From positions 70,700,191 through 70,764,190 of the forward strand of contig NC_068989.1 of NCBI RefSeq assembly GCF_001194135.2: 64,000 nucleotides of DNA, read 5' to 3'. The DNA is from Octopus bimaculoides (lineage: Eukaryota). The translations under genes were made by a program, and so were the position numbers. The number at the start of each line of letters is the position of its first letter. The stretch's first letter is position 1. The notes beneath the pieces are model-generated. The model did no database searches and had not been told where the DNA came from. It saw nothing but the letters and a program-made list of their open reading frames with translations. Positions 53,865-64,000 of this stretch are shown here, one piece after another.

Positions 53865-54015
53865 GGGTAGTTGGTCTTAGGAAGGGCATCCAGCCATAAA
53901 AACCATGCCAAAACAGAGAAGCCTGGTGTAGTCATCTGCATGGCTGGCTCCTGTCAAACCATCCAACCCATGCCAGCATGGAAGGCAGACATTAAACAAT
54001 AATGATAATGATGAC
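53865..54015 (+). mobile_element. Family D repeat (ggttggcgttaggaagggcatccagcc...aacccatgccagcatggaa..cgttaaa(gat)n); LINE-tail-like
   Basis: Same 3' module near 5085, 8125, 12590, 27680, 39200, 42480, 47160, 49845 (+) and 7645, 10735, 18445, 53240, 58680 (-). The parent LINE is not identified. Confidence 0.75.
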
Positions 54016-54780
54016 GACAATGATTCTATACACAAACCGATAGATAGCAACAGGTTACCCAGATACAATCGAATAATTAGTAACACAGAATATTTGTAGT
54101 GCCAGGTAATGTACTAGTTTCAGTTTTTAATACACAAACCAGATGTCAAAAACTTTGAAAAGACAGGACATCTCCAGAATTCAATATGATCCAATATTAA
54201 AAATGCTACAGAAAGTCTAAGATAGGTCTTACTAGGTTTCTATTTTATTATTTTTGTATATATTGAGTCTTATATAATAGTTTGTATTTTACTGAGTAGC
54301 TCAGGCCACAAAAATAATAATACATCAATCAATCAATCGACCGATCGATAATTTGTATATCAATATTTGATATTCTGTTAGATGTAATGGAAGTACATTG
54401 ACCCAGTTTGAACGAGGTCTAATATTTACTAGGCGGTAGAAGTAGAACTGATGTATACTTTCTCTTTCACTATCTTTCTCTCTCTCTCTATAAATGTAGA
54501 TATCAAGGAATCTAGTATCGGCAATGTATCAACAACACAGAGTATAAAAAACCAAACTCAACCAAAATTCTCCTTCCTTTCTATGCAAAGTAATGTGAAA
54601 ATGAAAGGCTGCAAGAACTCTGTTATGTGTGTGTGTGTTTGTGTAAACCTTTGGTTTGTAAAAGTTAATAAATTATATACTGTACTAAAAAAGCATTAAG
54701 TAATCATTCAGTTTAATGATAAATTGCTTTTATATACAACTTGACACATAAGCAAGCATTAATATAAATACACACACACA

Positions 54781-54823
<43 letters not shown>

Positions 54824-54845
54824 NNNNNNNNNNNNNNNNNNNNNN

Positions 54846-54894
<49 letters not shown>

Positions 54895-56283
54895 AATATA
54901 CACGCATGAACATACATATATACATATGCCAGCATGAAAAATGGACATTAAATTATGTTAACACACACACACACGAAGCAAATTTGGTTGTAACCTATTT
55001 AGCATCACATTACCACATTCAAACTAATCGATTGTGCATGGCATGAAGCAAATGGTGTTTGCATAGCCCAATCCAAATATCCAAATATATTAACATGTTA
55101 CCATTGCTAGCCACAAACCTCCATCAAAATTACACAAAGACATTTCTATCTTCCTAAGTTTCATCATTTTTCTTTTCTTTTTTTTTTTTTGTTTAGTGAA
55201 TAAAAACCAATGTGGCTAATATTCTGATATCAAGCAACATCAGCATTATCTGGAAAAATGGCTTTAGGACAGCCAAATATATTTAATATCATTTAGATAT
55301 ATTGATAACTAATGAAGGATTTCATTAGAAAGATAGGTGATGTCAAACTATTTCAATATAGGACGAAATATTATAAAATGCTTGTGTAATATTTGTTTAC
55401 AGAATAAATATAAGATTTTAAAAATTGTCAATATAAGATTTAAAAAAATTGTCAAAAATTGTCAAATAAATATAAGATAAAAAAAAAAAATTGTAAATTT
55501 TATATATGTTGTTTCTGGTATAAATTAATATTACTAAGAAATATTACCGGTCCCTGGCACATTGGAAAACAAAACTGCCGGAATACCACATCAGAAAGTT
55601 TGAGAAGCACTGTCCTAGAGCATCTGAGAACTGTATCACAGAACTAACCCCTTAGCATTTATGTTTTTCTTTGCTGATCATTAAAGAGTGAGGAATCTTC
55701 ACTTGCTAGAATGATAAACCCAGACTCTACCTGAACGTGTCAAGCTATCATTCATTCAAGCTGACAGCGAGTTAAAAAAAAAAAAAAAAAAAACCTTGAG
55801 TCATTTATCTTGTAAACTATTATTCAAAACTCATGGAAGTGTGTGTAAGATTCTAATTTTAGGAAAAGGTTTCAAACACTAAGTAGTAAACAGCTTAGTT
55901 CTGTTTTTATCATAGAGAAAAGGGGTAAAAAAAAAAAAACCAAAATGAGGGGGGGGGGGGAGAAATACATAAAGAAAAAGAAAATACTTTTAAAAAAAAA
56001 ATGGCACAAATAACAATCCTGGAGGCACTTTTGATGTTTAGCCATGAAAGTGATGTCAAGTGTATTTATATGTTTGCTCGAGAGTAATAGTTAAGCTGGT
56101 AACAGCTGTTCTCTATTAAATGATTTTTAGTAAATTTTGGCAAAAAAAAAAAGGACGACACTACACAATAGTTTTAGTCATCAACAGCAACAGTCATGCT
56201 TAAAGATTGGTTACCTTAGGGGACCTCACTAAGCTTTCTGACAATAATAATGATTTCTTTTACCTAATAATAATTATAGTGAA

Positions 56284-56578
56284 GATGCATGGTTCAATGG
56301 TTAGAGCATCAGGCTCACAATCATGAGATACTGAGTTCGATTCCTGGACCAAGCTGTGTGTTGTATTCTTGAGTATGATACTATTTTACATTGCTCCAGT
56401 TTACTCAACTGCAGAAATGAGCTGCGATGTCACTGGTGCCAAGCTGTACTGACCTTTGCCTTTTCCTTTGGATAACATCAGTGGCATGGAGAGGAGAGGC
56501 TGGTGTGCATGAGCGACTGCGGGTCTTCCATAAACAACCTTGCCTGGACTTGTGCCTAGGAGGGGAATTTTCTAAGTC
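56284..56578 (+). mobile_element. SINE family C copy
   Basis: Reverse complement of 38228-38558, 3'-truncated. Confidence 0.85.
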
Positions 56579-58488
56579 GATTACCTCAACTTAGCCTCTC
56601 GCTCAAAATTTTTTGTGGTGGCGAGCTGACAGAATCGTTAGCACACAGGGCAAAGTGCTTAGCAATATTTTGCCCACCTTTACATTCTAGGTTCAAATTC
56701 TGCCTTTCATCCTTTTTGTGGTCGATAAAATAAGTACCAGTTTTGACTTATCCCCTCCATCAAAATTGCTGGCCAAGAGCCAAATTTTAAAATCATTACT
56801 AAATTCTTTTCTCTCATTTATATATTCAAATGAAACAATACCCATCTGTGATGGTTTAAAAGTATTTGTGGTTAAAAAATTTATTATACAGCAATTTTCT
56901 AACCAGAATATTCACATAATCTTTCGGTGAGGAAACCTATATATGTACATCATCAGCCATTGAAGTTAAAAGAGGATTAAAGTATTTGACTTATGAAGTA
57001 GTAGTAGTATTAATAATAAATAATAGTTACCAGAGTAATGGCTATTGGACAAGAGACACAACTTCCCTCACCATAACCAAATGAAAGTCTACAAAACAGA
57101 TATCAACATAATANNNNNNNNNNNNNNNNNNNNNNNNNNNNNNNNNNNNNNNNNNNNNNNNNNNNNNNNNNNNNNNNNNNNNNNNNNNNNNNNNNNNNNN
57201 NNNNNNNNNNNNNNNNNNNNNNNNNNNNNNNNNNNNNNNNNNNNNNNNNNNNNNNNNNNNNNNNNNNNNNNNNNNNNNNNNNNNNNNNNNNNNNNNNNNN
57301 NNNNNNNNNNNNNNNNNNNNNNNNNNNNNNNNNNNNNNNNNNNNNNNNNNNNNNNNNNNNNNNNNNNNNNNNNNNNNNNNNNNNNNNNNNNNNNNNNNNN
57401 NNNNNNNNNNNNNNNNNNNNNNNNNNNNNNNNNNNNNNNNNNNNNNNNNNNNTATATATATATATATATATATATATGGCTAGATAGCAAGCCTTTTACC
57501 CCTTTACAGTAATAATAAACACCTTTTGGTTGGGTTATCAGTGATGTTGTTTGTATTGTATACTAGTATGGTGTGTATGTGTGAATATAAGTATATATAT
57601 ATATATATATATATAGATATATATATATATATATATATTTCTCTCTTTCTGTGTCTCTCTTACGCAAACTACTCAGAACTGTTATGACATTAACCGGGAA
57701 GACTGATTGAAGTGAACAAAACATCAAAGCAAAAACTACTTGGAAGCCTATCACCGTTCCATTAAATCGGGGTAGAAAATGATAAACAATTTATCAACTA
57801 TTATTACTGCTTCGATAACAAAGACAACAAAAAAAAAAAACAAGTTGCATATTTTACATGCAGAATTGCAGTCTGTTTAGAAAAATTGACAGTCTTTCTC
57901 TCTCTGTCTATTTTTCTCTTTCTCTTTCTCTCTCTCTTACACACACGCACACAATCTCTGAATGTAGATTTGTTTTGAATACAAAATCCTATATATGTGT
58001 TTTCAAGAAGTGACTGACGTAGGGTTGTATTTTACATCAAAAGACTAAACCACTTAGTGCATGCGCAGATACACCCATATGTACATTATAGACACACACA
58101 CACACACACATTTATATATACACACACACACACACGTACATATAGGCATATACATAGACTTAACATACATACATACATACGTATGTATTGAATAATTTAG
58201 TTTTGAAATTCATTTTATTTTTCTTTCTAAACAATGCAAATCATAGATGGAAGAGAAGATTAAAAACAAAATACATTTCAGATCACAATATATTAAATAA
58301 ATAAATATAGATAGATATATGAATAAAATGAATAAAGAAAAGATAAAATAAATAAACAAATAAACAAATAAATAGGCAATTTTAGATTGAGAAATTAAAT
58401 TATTTGAACCTTTAACTTTCAAACGTTATAACAAGCTAGTTGTGGGCTTCCTAACACATCACCCATGTTATTTTAAAACTTCATATAC

Positions 58489-58529
<41 letters not shown>

Positions 58530-58845
58530 AAAATCAATGAGTACCATTACGAAATAAAAATTGTTTTTGAGATTAAAGAATTCCAAAAGTGTGTGTGTGT
58601 GTGAGTGAGAGAGAGAGAGGAAAAGGTGATAATGGAATGAGATAGAAAAAAAACCACACACACATATACATACATATCATCATCATCATTTAATCTCTGT
58701 TTTTCATGCTGGTATGGGGTGGATGGTTTGCCTGGAGCTGGGAAGACTGAGGACTGCGCCAAGCTCTACTGTCTGCTCAGGCATACTTTCTATAGCTGAA
58801 AGCCAACCACTTTACAGAATGTGCTGGATGCTTTTTATGTGGCAC

Positions 58846-58879
<34 letters not shown>

Positions 58880-59104
58880 GTACACAGAGATATGGATCTT
58901 GAACAGTCAGAAAGCAAAAGGCATGCAAAAGTAGAGTTCGTTGAGATGGAGAGAGAGAGCAGTGGTCGTAGCGAGAAGAAAGAAGACCCAACCTTATACA
59001 AAACAGAAAACTTCCCAAAACATTTGTTTATGCATCTGAAGAAGAAGTCAGAACTTTATATGCAAAGATGAAGGGAGGAAAAAAAAAGAGTAAAAACAAT
59101 GTCA

Positions 59105-59900
59105 CAAGGTTAGCAATTTTGAGGAGAGGAGGAAGTCAATTGCATCAACCCCAGGATTGAACTGGTATCTATTTTACTGACACCTTAAAACAGCATTTCT
59201 CAACCAAGGTTCCCCAGAATCCTAGGGTTTCTGCAAGAAAGAGTGAGCTAAGCTAATGCTAATTTCATGATCATAATGTTACTATACATGCACATTATAT
59301 GTGCCTATACATATATTATATATATATTTATATATATATAATTACATATTTTTAGATTGAATGGTGTTGTACATAGAGTAAATGTGTTTGAAAGTTGTAG
59401 TTTTTTTTTTGGTATGTTTGTCCCCAAACAACACTTCTTTTAGTGTTGTTGATACCGCTGGATTAAGTGGTACTGCCCATGTGTCAAAACAATAATGATA
59501 TCCGTGGGGCAGCTGATGATGGAGGTATGTTGGATTGTTGGTATGGCTGTTTTTGTATATGTAGAATAGTGTTGTGACACATCCTTTTGATATATGTATG
59601 ATATTTACCATGTGAACTATGATGAAAAAAATATAAGATATGGTGTATAATTTTTTTGTGCAGGGATTCCTCGAGACATGTCATTTATTTTAAGGGTTGC
59701 GTAAGGGTAAAAAGATTGAGAAACACTGCCCCCCCCCCAAAATAAAAGTAAAGTCANNNNNNNNNNNNNNNNNNNNNNNNNNNNNNNNNNNNNNNNNNNN
59801 NNNNNNNCTTGGTGGCATATGAACTCAGAATGCAAGGAGCCAGATGAAATGCTGCTGTGTATTTTCTCCAATGTGCTCAATGACTCTTCCAGCTCACCAC

Positions 59901-59947
<47 letters not shown>

Positions 59948-61330
59948 TAATCCTTTCTACTATAGGTATGAGGCCTGAAATTTCGGGGGAGGGTAAGGTG
60001 ATTATGTCGACCACAGTGTTCAACTTGTATTTATTTCATTAGCCACAAAAGGATAAAAAAAAAGAGTCGACATCGGCAGAATTTGAACTCAGAACATAAA
60101 GATGGGCGAAATGCTGCTTAACATTTTGCTTGGTGTGCTAACAATTCTGCCAGCTCACCACTTTAATAATAATAATAACAACAACAATAACAGCAATAAT
60201 AATAGTGTACATAGGTTAGATTTAATATCTAGGGAATTAGGACACCACAAATGCAATTCTGATTACTCCACACCACATACCCACACACTCTTCCCACCAC
60301 AGCATTTACAATACTACAAACATGTATATGCAGCATTTTTATACCAAGCTGTCTTTCTCTGAAGTTGCCAGCTGTTGCAATCAAATTATATGGTGAAATG
60401 GTTAGGTTAAAAAAATTTGTTTTCGCCAGATATGTACAAAATAGGTTTTTGGCATCAGAAATGTATTTCGGATTCATAAAAAAAAAAAGAAACAAAAATG
60501 TAAGTAAGTAAATAAATAATTTTAAAAAAATTAAAAAAGAAAGCCATATAAAACATTTGGAAGATGATAGAAGAATATTTTAATCAAAAATACTAAAATA
60601 AAAGTGTTATAATTAATAAGAATCCTTTTTACTATAGGCACAAGGCCTGAAATTTGGAGCAGGAAGTGAATTGATTACATTGAGCCCCAGTGTTTAACTG
60701 GTACTTATTTCATCAACCCCAAAAGGATGAAAGGCAAAGTCAACTTTGGTGGAATTTGAACCCAGAATGTAAAGGGAAACAAAATGATGCTTAGTATTTT
60801 GTCCAACATGTTAACAACTCTGCCAGCTCACTGTTTTAACTACTAATGATAATCTTTTCTATTCTAGGCACAAGGCCTGAAATTTTGGGGGAGGGGGGCA
60901 GTCGATTAGATCGACCCTAGTACACAAATGGTACTTAATTTATCGACCCTGAAAGGATGAAAGGCAAAGTCGACCTCAGCGGAATTTGAACTCAGAACAT
61001 AAAAAACAGAAGAAATATCGCTAAGCATTTTACCCGGCGTGCTAACATTTCTGCCAGCTCGCCACCACCATAATAATAATAGTTTCAAATTTTGGCACAA
61101 GGCCAACAGTTTCGGGGGAAGGGGATATTGATACTTATTTTATCAACCCTGCAAGAATGAAAGGCAAAGTCAACCTCAGCAGGACTTGAACTCATAACAT
61201 GAAGATCAATGAAATGGTGCAAAACATTTTGCCTCAGCACAAGGCTGGCAATTTTAAGGAATGATGGGTTAGTCAATTATATAGACCTCAATAATTGGCT
61301 GGTGGGTCATTTTATTGATCCTCCAAAATA
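59105..61330 (-). mobile_element. Stack of about six SINE B copies or fragments, the first interrupted by a hAT MITE
   Basis: Units near 59105/59729, 59950, 60620, 60855, 61085 and 61235, all on the minus strand. Confidence 0.85.
59191..59728. mobile_element. hAT-type MITE inserted in a SINE B copy
   Basis: Termini cagcatttctcaacc ... gattgagaaacactg; the SINE B sequence resumes on the far side; the TSD is not clean. Confidence 0.7.
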
Positions 61331-62511
61331 TTCCAGCTGGCAAGATTCAACTCCTCATGCCTACCCTACAATGTTATTTAAGAATAAACAATCATACAAT
61401 TCGAAATGCCAAAGCTTTGAGATAATGTATGATTAATTCAAAACAAGGTAAGTAAACAAACATTAAAATTGACGCAGTAAATCTGAATGCTAAAGGGATA
61501 AGATACTTTAGAAAACAGATTTTTAAGATGAGTTTCTAATATACTAAATCTACCTCATATTTGAGATTTAGAGAGAAGGTCTGCATTTACGCAGTGGAAA
61601 AAAAATAGAACTTGTAATGCGTAAAATATTTTTGGGACGTGGGATGGGGGAATCTTTAAAAACAAAATAGTCTGACACTTGTGACAATAGTTGCCAGAAT
61701 GATCTAACAAATAAATGCTATTTACAGTTATTTATAAACATTGATTTTTTTTTTTTGTTAAACTTGTATGTTTTTTGTTGCTTTAATTTTTTTAAAACAA
61801 GCCAATAAGTTCAAGGTCATGCAATAAATGTGACACAGGTTATTATCTCAAAAATCTTATTTGATTTTTCAAGCATAAAAAACATAAAATGTACCTCAAG
61901 ATAGAATCTTTTGTGAAGTATATACAAAAGTCAAAATAGCTATTGCTTCTCTGCCTCACATTAAATAGTGCAAATAATAATAAGATCAAAATTCTGTTGA
62001 CACAGAAGTAATGGAGCATACTGGAAGCAGTATTGACATTAAATATTATTACTTTGGTGGGAAAGAGTTTTGCAAATACAAAAAACAAAAATAGTAAAAA
62101 AAAAAAAAGATGAGGGGGGGGGGGAAACTATTTTGTTACCATGTTTCTTTTGAAATACACTGCCTTTATTTCAATCCATTTTGAAAATAATAAAAAATAT
62201 AATAGTTTTATTAATATTGGTTTCAAATTTTGGCACAAAGCCAGCAAGTTCAGGGAAGGGGCAAGTTGATTACATCAACCCCAATGCTTAACTGGTACTT
62301 ATTTTATTGACACCGAACGATAAAAGGCAAGGTCAACCTCAACAGAATTTCAACTCAGAACATAAAGGCAGATGTAATGCTGCTAAGCATTTTGCCTGGC
62401 ATGCTAATGATTCTGCTGGCACTCCATCTTTAGCTCTGTTAATATTAATCTGGTGTTTGCAGCATAAACATGAAATTTTGATGCTAAGTTTTAATCTAAA
62501 TCACTTTAAAC

Positions 62512-62726
62512 AAGTGGTTCCCAACCATTTTTTGCCTATGGACCATTTTTGATTACTATTTTATTTGGGTGGGCCCTCATAGCCATTCTATGTTTAAAAT
62601 ATCCTATACTATTTCTAGAATTAAAAATATTATTAGGAAATGTATTAAGAATTGTTAAATAACCGGTTTATTGCACATGAACTTTTAACATCTCATATGG
62701 ACCCAGACTCCGTTTGAGAACCACTA
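62512..62726. mobile_element. hAT-type MITE with a perfect 8-bp TSD (CTTTAAAC), nested in an E2 MITE
   Basis: Termini (c/a)agtggttcccaac ... tttgagaaccact(g/a); ctttaaac at 62504-11 and 62727-34. Confidence 0.85.
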
Positions 62727-62805
62727 CTTTAAACCATAAGTTTGCATCACAGAACCAGAGGTGGTCTTAGGTGGAGGGCCCCTTCACATCCAGTTACTTT
62801 CTTAC

Positions 62806-62892
62806 CATTTATCTCTGCAGAATCCACACTGGGAAGTTATCTTTAGAATCCATATCAAATCAAAGAGCGATAAGCAAATGTAAAACAAATTT
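62806..62892 (-). other. Possible 87-nt exon (5'UTR or coding) upstream in the MTSS1 locus
   Basis: Acceptor ttttattttatattttatttag| and donor atg|gtaaga. One frame is open (NLFYICLSLFDLIWILKITSQCGFCRDK), with no recognised homology. Confidence 0.25.
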
Positions 62893-63069
62893 CTAAATAA
62901 AATATAAAATAAAACGAATACATTCCTAAATATTTGCCCTTGGCTGAATGAGACATTGAGACACACATACACACAAAAATGAGAGAATGACTCAGTTATT
63001 TTATAACCTAAAAACTAGATGTTTAACAAAGACTGACCTTATTCAATTGAAGATATAAATTTATTACAA

Positions 63070-64000
63070 TAATCCTTTCTACTATAGGCACAAGGCCTAA
63101 AATATTTTGCAGGAGGAGACTAGTCGATTACAACAACCCTAGTACTCAAATGAAATTTATTTTATTGACCTTGAAAGGATGAAAGACAAAGTTGACTTCA
63201 GTGGCACTTGAACCCAGAACAACGTAAAGCCAGAAAAAATGCTGCAAAGCATTTTGTTTGGCTTGTTGAGGATTCTGCCAGCTCACCAACCAAAAAAATT
63301 TATTATAACAACAATTCTAATTTTGGCACAAGGCCAGCAATTTTTGAAGACTTAATCTGCTGAGCCAATAATTATTCTATCAACCCTGAAAGGAAGAAAA
63401 GTAAAGATGACTTGAGAAAGAACTGAACTCAGAACGAGGATGTAAAGAATTGGAAAGAATGCCACAAAGCACTTTGTCTGAGGCTCTAACAATTTTGCCA
63501 GCACTCTGCCTTGATATTAATAAATATAGCAATAATAATAATCATTTCTACTGAAGGTACAAGGCCTGAAATTTGTGGGGAGGGGACTAGTTGATTATAT
63601 TGACCTCAGTATGCAACTGGTACTTATTTTATTGACCCCGAAAGGATGAAAGGCAAAGTTGACCTCAGCAGAATTTAAACTGAGAACGTGCAAACAGATG
63701 AAATGCCACAAAGTATTTCGCCTGGCATGCTAATGATAATATTTTCTACTGAAAGCACAAGGCCTGAAATTTGGGGGGAGAGGACTAGACAATTACATTG
63801 ACCCCAGTGTTTCACTGGTACTTATTTTATCGACTCTGAAAGGATGAAAAGCAAAGTTGACTTCAGTGGAATTTGAACTCAGAACATGCAGGCAGACAAA
63901 ATGCTGCCAAGCATTTCACCTGGCATGCTAATGATGATAAGCCTTTCTAATTGTTTGCACAACACCAACAATTTTGAGGGGAGGGAAAAGTTAAGTCGAC
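63070..64000 (-). mobile_element. Stack of about five SINE B copies running off the window edge
   Basis: Units near 63070, 63310, 63545, 63745 and 63940. Confidence 0.85.

Noticed and set aside
58892-59071. 59-aa plus-strand ORF MDLEQSESKRH...
   Set aside because: Purine-rich composition explains the lack of stops; no homology.
59950-64000. CRISPR-like repeat/spacer array
   Set aside because: Units are ~200-bp divergent SINE copies with tRNA-like heads in a eukaryotic intron; there are no cas genes.

Overview
Eukaryotic, AT-rich, microsatellite-rich draft scaffold with many N gaps. The SINE and MITE content suggests an octopus genome (inference). Most of the window appears to be intron of a minus-strand MTSS1/MIM (I-BAR) gene: one well-supported 62-nt coding exon lies at 36996-37057 and a candidate upstream exon at 43112-43214. 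The rest is tRNA-derived SINEs (often stacked head-to-tail), piggyBac-type and hAT-type MITEs, decayed mariner, piggyBac and RTE coding fragments, and a Penelope-like remnant with a decayed hammerhead motif. The most unusual region is 18526-22189: a CpG-rich block between imperfect ~130-bp inverted repeats, holding a complete TATA/CCAAT/E-box/GC-box promoter (sense to MTSS1), a 345-bp foldback and duplicated antisense splice-donor modules. There is no CRISPR array, rRNA, credible tRNA gene or intact long ORF. All homology calls are from recall and eye alignment, not database searches; repeat boundaries are approximate.
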